Shown piece after piece: positions 1-9,051 of a DNA stretch of 64,000 bases. This DNA comes from Planctomycetota bacterium (GTDB lineage: Bacteria > Planctomycetota > Brocadiia > JAADGH01): the NCBI GenBank assembly GCA_040755855.1, contig JBFMAD010000004.1, positions 96,001-160,000 on the forward strand, in the 5' to 3' direction. The notes below the pieces were generated by a model. The model was given only the letters and a program-made list of their open reading frames with translations, was not told the DNA's origin and searched no databases. Position 1 is the stretch's first letter. Every line of letters begins with the position of its first letter. Made by a program: the position numbers and the translations under genes.

Positions 1-516
1 CGCGGCGATGTGTTAGACGGCTCGATAGTTACAATTTTCGGCGACGTCGGAAACGTGAACATCCTGGGGGCGCTGAACACTGGGGCCCGGTTCAATATCC
101 TGGGCCAGACCAACAACTTGCGAATTGCCGGCGGTGTGCACGTCTTCTCGCAACTGAACCTGGGCGGCACGGTGGGAACAGCCACCATCTCCGCGCCGGC
201 GGGGGCGGACGCCGTGGGCTGGGGAGAGGTTCGGATAGGCATCCTGCAGCGTTCCCTCCGGATCGGCGGCAATGTGGACGGGATGGGCCTGGTGGACATC
301 GTCGGATCGGCGGCGGGCGCACGGATCAACATCCAGGGCGATATGGACGGCAGGCTCCTGGCGGGTGTGTTCGGCGACGTAACCATCTCCGGCACATTCC
401 GCGGCGTGATCGGCGACGCGGGAACAGCCCCCGGCGCGGGGAATACCCTCCGGACAGGGACCACCGCCCTCGGTGCGCGGGTCAATCCCCCGAACGCCTT
501 TGCGTTCTACGCATAG
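1..516 (+). CDS. 3' part of a Gly/Val-rich beta-solenoid repeat protein, paralog of 844..2925 (5'-truncated by the window edge)
   Basis: C-terminus aligns by eye with the next gene: LQRSLRIGG/LQRSLTLTG, IQGDMDGR/IQGDMAGR, GNTLR, NPPNAFAFYA/NPADAFAFFA. Confidence 0.8.
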   Translation, partial: RGDVLDGSIVTIFGDVGNVNILGALNTGARFNILGQTNNLRIAGGVHVFSQLNLGGTVGTATISAPAGADAVGWGEVRIGILQRSLRIGGNVDGMGLVDIVGSAAGARINIQGDMDGRLLAGVFGDVTISGTFRGVIGDAGTAPGAGNTLRTGTTALGARVNPPNAFAFYA

Positions 517-546
517 TCGCAGCGCGGTTCCTCGATGATGGGGCGA

Positions 547-577
547 CCTCCCGCGGGCAGGGATGCCTGCGGGAGGA
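547..577 (+). terminator. GC-rich hairpin after the first repeat gene (possible terminator or stabiliser)
   Basis: CCTCCCGCGGGCA...TGCCTGCGGGAGG inverted repeat; no strong U-tract. Confidence 0.4.
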
Positions 578-765
578 TAGTAATTCCTTCGCCGCAAGTC
601 CGCTGACAAGCCCATGTGGGCGCAAAGGCCGGTTACGTTTTGCAAACCCAGTTTACGTTTTTCCCCTTCGCAGCCGTTTGCATCGTCTCGCATTCATATT
701 GCCCAAAACCCCGCATTCGCAGTGCAGGAGCCATTTTATAGACGTTTGGCCAGGCGGCGGTATTC

Positions 766-780
766 CGGCACGAGGATTGC
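766..780 (+). promoter_or_regulatory. sigma54 (-24/-12) promoter
   Basis: CGGCAC-GAGGA-TTGC (GG-N10-GC), ~65 nt upstream of the ATG at 844; overlapped by the inverted repeat GGTATTCCG(759-767)/CGGAATACC(788-796). Confidence 0.65.
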
Positions 781-843
781 ACATGTGCGGAATACCCAAG
801 CGGCCCAGGACCGCCACCCGGGGAATGGAACAGGAGGAGCGTC

Positions 844-2925
844 ATGGTTACGAGAGTACACAGGAGCCTGCGCGTCGAGGAACTCGAGCCGCGCACATCG
901 CCGGTCGTGCTGAATGCTGCCGCGCCGATATACACCTTTTCCGACAGGAGCAGCGACTTGGTCCAAATCCAGTTTCGCGGTCCCGGCAGCGCAGAGGTGT
1001 TGTGGGAGGGGGGTGGCGTCACGCCCCTTGCCAATGACGACATCGCGTCTATCACCTTCTTCAACACCACCCAGCAAACCATGCTCACCCTCCGTGACAT
1101 GAACCGGGGGGTCGGCGGCGACGGCATCACTGGGGGGGATGTCACGACGGCGGCGGCCAACGATTCCCTCGGCATACTCCGCATCCAGGCGGTCGGCGGA
1201 TGGGTCACTGACACAAACATTCAGGTAGGCGGCAACCTCGGCCAGTTCGTCATCCAGGGCAATGTGGGGGCCGTGGATGTCGTTGTCGGGGGCAACGTCG
1301 GCCAGGCGCAAATCCAGGGACCGGCGACCGACTTCGTCATGGCGGCTATGGGCGCCATGGCCGGCTTTCGAGTAACCGGGCCAATGGCCAACTGCAACAT
1401 CAGCGCGGCTATGAGCCTCGGACAGGTAATCGTCAACGGGGATTGCACGGGATCGGTCATTCAAAGCGGCGGGAATGTATCGCTCGTTCGCATCACCGGA
1501 AACGTCATGTCCTCTGCGGTTCGCTCCCGCGATCTGACACAGCTTATGATCAACGGCGGCATTGTGAACGAGCTGATCGTTCAGGCCCAGGGAACATCCC
1601 GCTCAGCGCGGATGCTGGGCTTTGTGCAGGACAGCGTACTCTTCTTCGACCGGGTCGGGAGCGTCGCCGTCGGTTCCCTGTCGGGCTCTGTGCTCGCCTC
1701 CGTGCAAGGCCCGATCCAGTCGCTGCAGTGCATGGGAAGCATGATCAACTCGACCGTGACCTCGTGGGGCGATTGCCGCAGCGTCCGCATCGGCGGACAG
1801 CTCCGGGCGGAGAACGCCGGCGATGAGGCCATCATTGTCAACGGAAACCTGGGTCAGTTGTTCGTTGGTAACTTTGTCCTGAATCCCACGATCCGCGTCA
1901 CGGGCAACGTCAACGCCCTGCGATTCCAGCAGACGGTGCGAAGCACGACGCTCGACCTGCGCGGCGCCGTAGGGCAGTTGAGCATCGGCGGCGATGTTGC
2001 AGGCGCGAATGTCAACATCGGCGGCAACACCGGCTCCTTCACGGCGCGCGCGGGGGTATTTGATTCCACCCTTGCATTCGGCGGGACCATGGGCGTGTTC
2101 CGCGTGGCCGGGGACGCCGCCCGCGACAGCATCCAGATCGTCGGGCAGGCGACAAGCATACAGTTCGGCGGCCTGGTGGGCGCCACGAACATTGAAGCGC
2201 GCGTCGGCGTCGGCTGCGCGATCTTCCGGGGGAGGGTATCGGCGGGAAGTCGGTTGCAGATCGGCGGCCCCAGCGGGATGGCGCAGATGCGCGGCGAGGT
2301 CGCCGATTCCACGCTCACCTTCGTCGGTGCGGTCAACAACCTTCAGTTCATGGGCGGATTGAACAACACCGAGGTCACCGTGGCGGGCGACGCGCCGTTG
2401 TTCCGCGTCGCGGGCGGCATCCACACCGGCTCGGACGTGGCCATCCTCGGCAGCGTGCGGAACCTCTTCTGCCTGGGCGGCGTCCGCGCGGGTTCCGGGC
2501 TGCGCATCACGGGCAACGTGACGACATGCCGAATCACCGACGGGGTTGCGCTTGTGTCGTCGCTCAACATAGGCGGAGCTGTCAACACGGCCATGATTAC
2601 GGCGCGCGCGGGCGAGGCGGCGGTGGATTTCTCCACGGTGCTGCTTGGCTCGCTGCAGCGCAGCCTCACGCTTACGGGGGGGATCGAGGGCCGGGGCCGC
2701 GTGGAGATCGTGGGCGCGGCGGACACGGCGCGGATGAGCATCCAGGGCGACATGGCCGGCCGGATCGCCCCGGCCATCTTCGGCAATGTCGTCATATCCG
2801 GCGTCTTCACCGGCACGCTCGGCAGCCCGGCGACACAGGCCGGGGTGGGGAACACGCTTCGCGTCGGGACCTGGGGCGCAGGATGGACCATCAACCCCGC
2901 CGACGCCTTCGCGTTCTTTGCATAG
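844..2925 (+). CDS. Extracellular beta-solenoid repeat protein with LEPR-type (planctomycete extracellular) N-terminal motif
   Basis: RSLRVEELEPRTSP leader; AGGAGG RBS; ~22-aa Gly/Val/Ile periodic repeats. Confidence 0.8.
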   Translation: MVTRVHRSLRVEELEPRTSPVVLNAAAPIYTFSDRSSDLVQIQFRGPGSAEVLWEGGGVTPLANDDIASITFFNTTQQTMLTLRDMNRGVGGDGITGGDVTTAAANDSLGILRIQAVGGWVTDTNIQVGGNLGQFVIQGNVGAVDVVVGGNVGQAQIQGPATDFVMAAMGAMAGFRVTGPMANCNISAAMSLGQVIVNGDCTGSVIQSGGNVSLVRITGNVMSSAVRSRDLTQLMINGGIVNELIVQAQGTSRSARMLGFVQDSVLFFDRVGSVAVGSLSGSVLASVQGPIQSLQCMGSMINSTVTSWGDCRSVRIGGQLRAENAGDEAIIVNGNLGQLFVGNFVLNPTIRVTGNVNALRFQQTVRSTTLDLRGAVGQLSIGGDVAGANVNIGGNTGSFTARAGVFDSTLAFGGTMGVFRVAGDAARDSIQIVGQATSIQFGGLVGATNIEARVGVGCAIFRGRVSAGSRLQIGGPSGMAQMRGEVADSTLTFVGAVNNLQFMGGLNNTEVTVAGDAPLFRVAGGIHTGSDVAILGSVRNLFCLGGVRAGSGLRITGNVTTCRITDGVALVSSLNIGGAVNTAMITARAGEAAVDFSTVLLGSLQRSLTLTGGIEGRGRVEIVGAADTARMSIQGDMAGRIAPAIFGNVVISGVFTGTLGSPATQAGVGNTLRVGTWGAGWTINPADAFAFFA

Positions 2926-3129
2926 GGCATTGCTGTAGTGCGGCGCATGCCCACCACGGCCCTCCTGTCCGATGGGTACCGGGACACAGCTTGCCCGCTC
3001 CAAATGTTAGCCTTGTCTAACATTCTGGACGGCGTGGGAATGGAACACCCCAACCAGCGTGCCGGCGCTCGTGCATAACTCTTTTCAACCACTATGGTTA
3101 TATTCCTTATCCAAGGACTGATAGTCCAA

Positions 3130-3144
3130 CGGCACAGCTTTCGC
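3130..3144 (+). promoter_or_regulatory. sigma54 (-24/-12) promoter
   Basis: CGGCAC-AGCTT-TCGC (GG-N10-GC) preceded by an AT-rich tract. Confidence 0.5.
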
Positions 3145-3222
3145 TCCTACCACCGGTAAGATGGAACAAGAAATGGCACATGAACTCTACAACCTGTTGG
3201 GGGCGGGAGGAGGCGTTGAGCA

Positions 3223-5823
3223 ATGAACGAACACGAACGAATCCATAAGGCGCTGCGGCTCGAGGAACTTGAGCCCCGAACAGCGCCGGCCGTACTAATT
3301 GATCTGGTGCCTGGAGACGATTCGGGCGTCAGTGACAGCGACAACATTACGAATGAGCAGTTGCCCACCTTTGAGATCACGAGTAGTAACGGAAACCTCA
3401 TCATTGATTTTGACGGCGACGGTGACTTCGGGGGTCCCTCAGACTATGGGCCTGGCGACAGCCTGAACGTCAACCAGATCGGGTCGCCGTTCTTCATCAC
3501 GCCGAGGGCACCCTTGAGCGACGGATTCCGCATCGTGACCGTCTGGCGGAACGGACAGCTGGAGGCCACTCTGGGGCTGAGAATCGACACCCAGGCCCCC
3601 GATGTATCGGGCGTAGCCCTCGACCTCGCGGCATCGAGTGATTCAGGCGTGTCGAACTCGGACAACCTGACGAACCAGGAGACCATCAGTCTGGATATCG
3701 GAGGCTACGCCGAGTATTACCGGGTATACAGAAATGGCGTCCAGGTGAGCGGATATTTCGAGGACGCGCCGACGTTTGTGACGGCCCTGCCCGCCGATGG
3801 GACGTATAGTTTCCGGATCAGGGCCGTTGACGCCGCCGGGAACCTGTCCGGCTGGTCGTTGCCTCTGTCTGTAACTCTGGACACCGGCGCGGGAGGCGAC
3901 GGCGAGGCCGTTCCTCCGCCGGACTTGGTTCCGCTATCGGACACGGGGCTGTACAATGATGACAACATCACGGCCGACAAGACCTCCACGTTCGACATCA
4001 CGGGGATTGCTCCGGCCCATTACTTCCGAATCTACCTCGACGGCGTCCTGGTCAGCAGCCTTTTTGAGGGCCCGGGAAACGACCCGTGGACGAGCGACAC
4101 TTTGGCGGATGGGGATTACCTCATCCGGGTCGCGGAGGTGGATGCCGCAGGTAACGAGCTGGCCCTGTCCGACCCGCTGGCCTTTACCGTGGACACCGTT
4201 GCGCCGGACGCTCCGGCCCTCCCCCTCGATCTGCGCGCCAGCAGTGATACGGGTGCGTCGGACAGTGATGATATCACCGCCGACATCACACCCACCTTCG
4301 ACGCGCCGGTCGTGCCTGCGGGAGATTATTTCCGTATCTATCGGGACGGCGCCCTGGCGTCGGCAGCGCCGCTTGCCGGCGATGACGGCGGCGTTTACAA
4401 AGGCCCAGGCCCGGGACCGCTGGGAGATACGCTGGGCCCACAGCCGGATGGAACTTACGACTACGCCTACAGCTTGGTGGACCTGGCCGGGAATGAGTCC
4501 GGCCTGTCGCCGGTTGTCACTGTGGTGATTACAACCGACGGCGGCGACGGTGATGGCGACGGCGACGGCGGCGAGGGCGGCGAGGGTGGTCCCTCGGACG
4601 CCCCGACCATCGGGGGGCTGTCACTGGCGGGTGGCGCGAATGTAGCCATACAGCCCTGTCCGATAACCTTAATGGCCGAGGACGTGAGCGACCTTGACGG
4701 CGAAGTGGTGAGGGTGGACTTCTATCGCGATGCCAATGGAAACGGCGAACTGGACATCGGGGTGGACGAGTTCCTGGCTTCGGATACGGACGGAGATGAC
4801 GGGTGGAGCTGGACCGGTTCCACATTTGGTTTTCCCCTCGGGGAGAACACCTTCTTCGCCCAAGCCGAGGATGACACCGGGGGCTTGAGCTCCGTGGTCT
4901 CCGCGACGATCACTGTGCGCAGCGCCCAGGTAGAATATCTCCTTGGCGGGCAGGTGATTCTGTACGACACGGATGCCTTGAGCGACGCGGAGATTGACGT
5001 GGACGAGACCGACATCCGCTTGTTCACGCGGCGAGATGGGTCGGTAAGCATGATACGAATTGTCGGAAACCCCACTGGACTGGGCATGATCGTCAATTCC
5101 ACCAGCAATCTGCCGATAACTATCGTTGATATCCGAAACGTCCGCCGAGTAGGAGAGTTCAACAACCTGTCATTCATTGCCTCCACGGGGGCGGTTCGTG
5201 TCATGTTGCTGCGATCCGGCGTTGACGGATGGTGTGCGGGGGGCGCGCTGGTTATGGAGGAGCTGGCCGAGAGCGCGGACCTGGATGAAGACGGCCGCGT
5301 GGATGACGAGACCGCCATCTACAGCGACAAATACATCAGGGTCGCCAGAATCTTTGGCGATATCGGCGGAGACGTCGTTACCAGAGGCGCCGACTTGCGG
5401 GGGACTGGACTGGGGAACCTTCTTGTGAGGTTCGGGGATATCCTGGGCGAAATCACAACTATTAAAGGCAGCCTGAATTCACTTGGGGTTCTCTTCGGCA
5501 ACGTCGAGGGGAACGTAAGGGTGGAAGGTTCGTTGAACAAGATGTTCGTGAACCGTGGAGGCGTCTCGAGCAGCGCGATATCCGTTAACGGCAACCTGAA
5601 CGGTCTGGTGGTTGTCGGCGGCAACTTCGGAAGTCTCCTGACGGTGGACGGCTCGTTGAACAAGATGGTTGTCCTGCCGATCGGCGGCGTGGGGGGAGCC
5701 CTTGACGGCGCGGAATTGGTGGTAGCCAACAACATCAACACCTTGATTGCAAACGAGATACTGCCTAATAGCAGCATCTCCGCCGGAGGAGTGATTCGGA
5801 ATCTCCACACCATCAAGCCATAA
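3223..5823 (+). CDS. Large surface protein: LEPR-type leader, several bacterial Ig-like (Big_13-type) domains, acidic Ca-binding-like motifs, C-terminal beta-solenoid
   Basis: KALRLEELEPRTAP; four D(S/T)GxxxxDxxT repeats, three ending in DxAGN; DxNGNG/DxDG motifs. Confidence 0.8.
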   Translation: MNEHERIHKALRLEELEPRTAPAVLIDLVPGDDSGVSDSDNITNEQLPTFEITSSNGNLIIDFDGDGDFGGPSDYGPGDSLNVNQIGSPFFITPRAPLSDGFRIVTVWRNGQLEATLGLRIDTQAPDVSGVALDLAASSDSGVSNSDNLTNQETISLDIGGYAEYYRVYRNGVQVSGYFEDAPTFVTALPADGTYSFRIRAVDAAGNLSGWSLPLSVTLDTGAGGDGEAVPPPDLVPLSDTGLYNDDNITADKTSTFDITGIAPAHYFRIYLDGVLVSSLFEGPGNDPWTSDTLADGDYLIRVAEVDAAGNELALSDPLAFTVDTVAPDAPALPLDLRASSDTGASDSDDITADITPTFDAPVVPAGDYFRIYRDGALASAAPLAGDDGGVYKGPGPGPLGDTLGPQPDGTYDYAYSLVDLAGNESGLSPVVTVVITTDGGDGDGDGDGGEGGEGGPSDAPTIGGLSLAGGANVAIQPCPITLMAEDVSDLDGEVVRVDFYRDANGNGELDIGVDEFLASDTDGDDGWSWTGSTFGFPLGENTFFAQAEDDTGGLSSVVSATITVRSAQVEYLLGGQVILYDTDALSDAEIDVDETDIRLFTRRDGSVSMIRIVGNPTGLGMIVNSTSNLPITIVDIRNVRRVGEFNNLSFIASTGAVRVMLLRSGVDGWCAGGALVMEELAESADLDEDGRVDDETAIYSDKYIRVARIFGDIGGDVVTRGADLRGTGLGNLLVRFGDILGEITTIKGSLNSLGVLFGNVEGNVRVEGSLNKMFVNRGGVSSSAISVNGNLNGLVVVGGNFGSLLTVDGSLNKMVVLPIGGVGGALDGAELVVANNINTLIANEILPNSSISAGGVIRNLHTIKP

Positions 5824-5905
5824 ATAACTGTCTTATCGGTGAGACCGTTCAGCAAACGGTTGAGGCGCGAACGGACAGGCCCATTAGGGAGGGGCCAAAG
5901 AATAG

Positions 5906-8434
5906 TCAGTAAGTCCTTTCCTTTGGGATGTCCTGTTCGCGCCCTCGCCAACGGATGCGCAAGTCGCCGAAGCCGTGGAAGATCCGCGTGCGCCCGCCGT
6001 CCAGCCGGATCGTGAAGAGCACGGGTTTGTCATACCGCCGGCCGGCCCAGCTTGAGGCGTAAAAGGCAGTGAAGCTCGGCGACTCGATGAGAAAGCCATA
6101 GGTCGGCAGCGCGACGTCTCCACCCGCCTCGGACTTGGCCACGAACTCAGTGGGACCGAAATTCACCGTGACCGTCGCAGAAGGTTGTTGAGAACCCAAG
6201 AACGGAATTGCGTCCAATATGCCGGCCTTCTTCCCCGCGCCGAATGTCGCCCGGCGGACCATCCGGTCGGGCGTGAGAAACTCAAACTTCACGAGCCTGG
6301 AATGCGCCGTGATCTCCGCAAGCGGGCCGAGGATTTCGTGCGTGTTCTTCACAAAGCGGTCGGTGAGGCATAGGCCCTCCGCCCAGCCGTTGTCCGCGCG
6401 GGCAAAGCAGGGGGGATCGCCCAACGTGGGGCGCGGCTCGACCTTCTCGAAGCCGATGGCCGGCTTCAGCCGGAGCCGCCCGACGAGGACGCGGTGATCA
6501 ATCCCGCACCCCGGCAGCTTCGCGCGCGGCAGGTCGCCTTCGGGTCGGAAAAGCCCGATGAATACGTCAACCGCGTCGGCGGCGACCTTGTCCGGGATCG
6601 CCACCTCGAACGGTCCGTCCTCAATCGCCTCGCCCGCGCGCCAGGTGGACGTGGGCCGCGGCAGATCGTGATCATTCTGGAACGGGACCGGATCGCCCGC
6701 GCCGAAGTGAACGAAGGCCCGCCAGTCGCCCGACACGTCGGCCTCGACCTGCCAGCGATATGAAATCTGAAATCTGCGATCCGCAATCTGCTTCACCGAT
6801 TCCACGCTCGGCCTGACCTTCACCTCCGCCGCCTCGGCCTTGCCCGCGTCCTGCCAGTAGAGGTGGTGGGGGAAGGAATGGTAGTGGAGCGTCCGCCCGC
6901 ACAGCGCGTGATGGACGACGTACTCCGCCGCCGCCTCCGCATGGTAGCCGTACTTCCCGAAGACGACCTCGCAGTCGTGATAGACCATCTCGAAGAGCGG
7001 GATCACCGTCGCGCCGAGCGTCGCCGGGTCCAGGCTGTGGAAGTATTTCCCGCTCACGCCGCTCAGTCCCTCGAAGAACTCGCTATGGGGGATTGCCCAC
7101 TCGCGCCCGCACTCCGAGCCGAAAAGCCCGAACACGTCGCGGGCGTAGTCGCTGAGCTTCTGCTTCCATCGGATGTCGTCCGCGCAGGTCATCGGATGCT
7201 TCGGGTCGAAACACTCCTGCGGCCCGACGGCGTAGGTCGTGTCAATGAAGTAGGCCTGCGGCGCGAAGAGCCTTTGCACATCGGGAAGGTTCTGCGGGCG
7301 CTGGGCCAGCTCCAGCGTCTTCGGCGCGCACACGAGCCACGCCCGGCCGCCCAGCCACCGCCCCCCCGCCATCGGCGTGCCGTCCGGTTTCTTCTGGATG
7401 CAGTCCGGGTCCCACGACTTCGCGTCCCGATACATGTCCTGATAGTTGTCGTGGAAGCATGCCACGTAGCCGAGCGCCTTGATCCGGCGCACCGCGTCGG
7501 CGAGGGCGTCGTTCCCGCCGCACTCCGGGTTTGCGGGGAGCGCATCGGGGTGGCGGCAGTCGTAGCCGCCCTCCGTCCAGCCGCCGACGATGAAGAGGCA
7601 TCGCTCGACGTCGAGGTCGCGCCGCAGATGCTCGGCGACGCGGGCGGCCTCGTCAAACGTCCAGCACACGGTCACTGATTCGTCCTTCGTGCTCTCCTCG
7701 TTTCGCCGCCGCGCCAGGCAGGTCCACAGCTTGGCGTTCGACGCCCCGATCAACTTCGCCGCCTCCGGATTGCGTTTGATCTTCTCCGCCATCGTAACGG
7801 CCAGCCCCTTCGCCTTCGCCGCCTCGCGGTATGCGCCCGCTACGGCGTTCCAGTCGCCGCGGCCGAGCGGAGTCAGCTTCAGAGAGATCGTGGACTTTTT
7901 CCCGTGGGCGGGAACGCGGGCATGGACCGTGCACGTCATGCCCTGCTTCGTCTTTTTCAGCTCCGGGGTCACATACGGGTCGTCCCAGGTCATGAGCAGC
8001 GCGGAGCCGCGCTTGAGGAAGCCCATCATGTTCATGTGGCAGCCCTCGTAGCCGGATGTACCGAAGCCGCGCTTGAACTCGACCGGCCCGTCCGCCGACA
8101 CGAGCAGCCCCTCGCGCGCGGGCACGAGCGCACAGCCCGCGTCGCCCGCCGCCATGCCGAGAGCCTCGTTGAGCAACGGAACCGATCGCCCGGGATCGAG
8201 ATCGGCGCTTACCACCGCGCTTCGCCCTTCGTCGGCAAGCTGCACCTGCGCGGTGGCGCCCAGATCCCAAAGCACACCGCTGGCCTTGTCGAGAAGCGCA
8301 ACACGGCCCGTCGCCGCGTCTGTTGTGATCTTCAGCCACTTGCTTTCCATCATCTCACCCGAGACCTCCGTACAGATCGCTAATAGGACAAACACGATGC
8401 AGAAAACGAGATTGTATGCAGTACATTTTTCCAT
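5906..8434 (-). CDS. Secreted glycoside hydrolase-like protein (DUF5696/GH101-like) with an inserted beta-sandwich domain
   Basis: GGWTEGGYDCRHPD, HDNYQD, YFIDTT, GSECGRE, IPLFEMVYHD motifs; start set at ATG 8434 before a hydrophobic segment (the ORF-track start overlaps the upstream gene). Confidence 0.7.
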   Translation of the reverse strand: MEKCTAYNLVFCIVFVLLAICTEVSGEMMESKWLKITTDAATGRVALLDKASGVLWDLGATAQVQLADEGRSAVVSADLDPGRSVPLLNEALGMAAGDAGCALVPAREGLLVSADGPVEFKRGFGTSGYEGCHMNMMGFLKRGSALLMTWDDPYVTPELKKTKQGMTCTVHARVPAHGKKSTISLKLTPLGRGDWNAVAGAYREAAKAKGLAVTMAEKIKRNPEAAKLIGASNAKLWTCLARRRNEESTKDESVTVCWTFDEAARVAEHLRRDLDVERCLFIVGGWTEGGYDCRHPDALPANPECGGNDALADAVRRIKALGYVACFHDNYQDMYRDAKSWDPDCIQKKPDGTPMAGGRWLGGRAWLVCAPKTLELAQRPQNLPDVQRLFAPQAYFIDTTYAVGPQECFDPKHPMTCADDIRWKQKLSDYARDVFGLFGSECGREWAIPHSEFFEGLSGVSGKYFHSLDPATLGATVIPLFEMVYHDCEVVFGKYGYHAEAAAEYVVHHALCGRTLHYHSFPHHLYWQDAGKAEAAEVKVRPSVESVKQIADRRFQISYRWQVEADVSGDWRAFVHFGAGDPVPFQNDHDLPRPTSTWRAGEAIEDGPFEVAIPDKVAADAVDVFIGLFRPEGDLPRAKLPGCGIDHRVLVGRLRLKPAIGFEKVEPRPTLGDPPCFARADNGWAEGLCLTDRFVKNTHEILGPLAEITAHSRLVKFEFLTPDRMVRRATFGAGKKAGILDAIPFLGSQQPSATVTVNFGPTEFVAKSEAGGDVALPTYGFLIESPSFTAFYASSWAGRRYDKPVLFTIRLDGGRTRIFHGFGDLRIRWRGREQDIPKERTY
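8399..8434. repeat. Palindromic direct repeat, copy 1 (AAAATGTAC-N3-GTACATTTTT family)
   Basis: GCAGAAAACGAGATTGTATGCAGTACATTTTTCCAT matches 9013-9047 and the core at 30014-30038. Confidence 0.75.
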
Positions 8435-8450
8435 CTGAGCGCCAGGTCCT

Positions 8451-8981
8451 TTAACGAGATTTGACTTTCGCCTCCGTGAGAAGGATATCCGGCCCGTTGG
8501 TGTGAAAACAAAGCTTACCAAGCTCATCGGTGGGCATCTTGAATTGAAGCGTCTGCGAGTCAACCCGAAGCTGTGCGCCTGTCCGAGAAATCTTGGCAGT
8601 GATTTGGTGTGTACCCACCCCAAGGGCACATGAGGAAGCTTGCACTGGTATTGCTGACTGTTCGGGGTATGCCGATGCGCGAACTCTGCCGTCCGCGTTG
8701 AAAACCACTTGCAGGCGAGATACTCCTGTTATCCCATGACGCCAATACAAGGCAAAATAGCTATAACCGTTAACGCCCTCTTTCCATGCGCGAATGTTGA
8801 CTCTGAGGGTCAGCGTTGCCTCTTTGCTTAGGGGTTCTTCGTATTCGAGCGTTCCCAAGGTAGAAGCCATGCCATTTTTTTCACTGCGCCATTCGCCCTC
8901 AATCACCTTCCATCCTTTGAGCGTTTGCGGCTTGTCAGCAGCGATGATCAGCAGAGGCAACGCGAGCAGTAGGCGTTTCAT
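8451..8981 (-). CDS. Small secreted hypothetical protein (possible ConA/DUF1080-like beta-sandwich), lower GC than neighbours
   Basis: AAAGGAGG RBS; MKRLLLALPLLIIAA signal; LKGWKVIEGEW start resembles DUF1080-type folds. Confidence 0.6.
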   Translation of the reverse strand: MKRLLLALPLLIIAADKPQTLKGWKVIEGEWRSEKNGMASTLGTLEYEEPLSKEATLTLRVNIRAWKEGVNGYSYFALYWRHGITGVSRLQVVFNADGRVRASAYPEQSAIPVQASSCALGVGTHQITAKISRTGAQLRVDSQTLQFKMPTDELGKLCFHTNGPDILLTEAKVKSR

Positions 8982-9012
8982 GGCAAGACCTCCTTTCCAC
9001 AGCAAGTATACC

Positions 9013-9047
9013 GCAAAGACAAAATTGTACTCAGTACATTTTTGCAT
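9013..9047. repeat. Palindromic direct repeat, copy 2
   Basis: GCAAAGACAAAATTGTACTCAGTACATTTTTGCAT. Confidence 0.75.
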
Positions 9048-9051
9048 TTTG

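Noticed and set aside
8399..9047. Integron cassette
   Set aside because: No RYYYAAC/GTTRRRY attC ends and no integrase in the window
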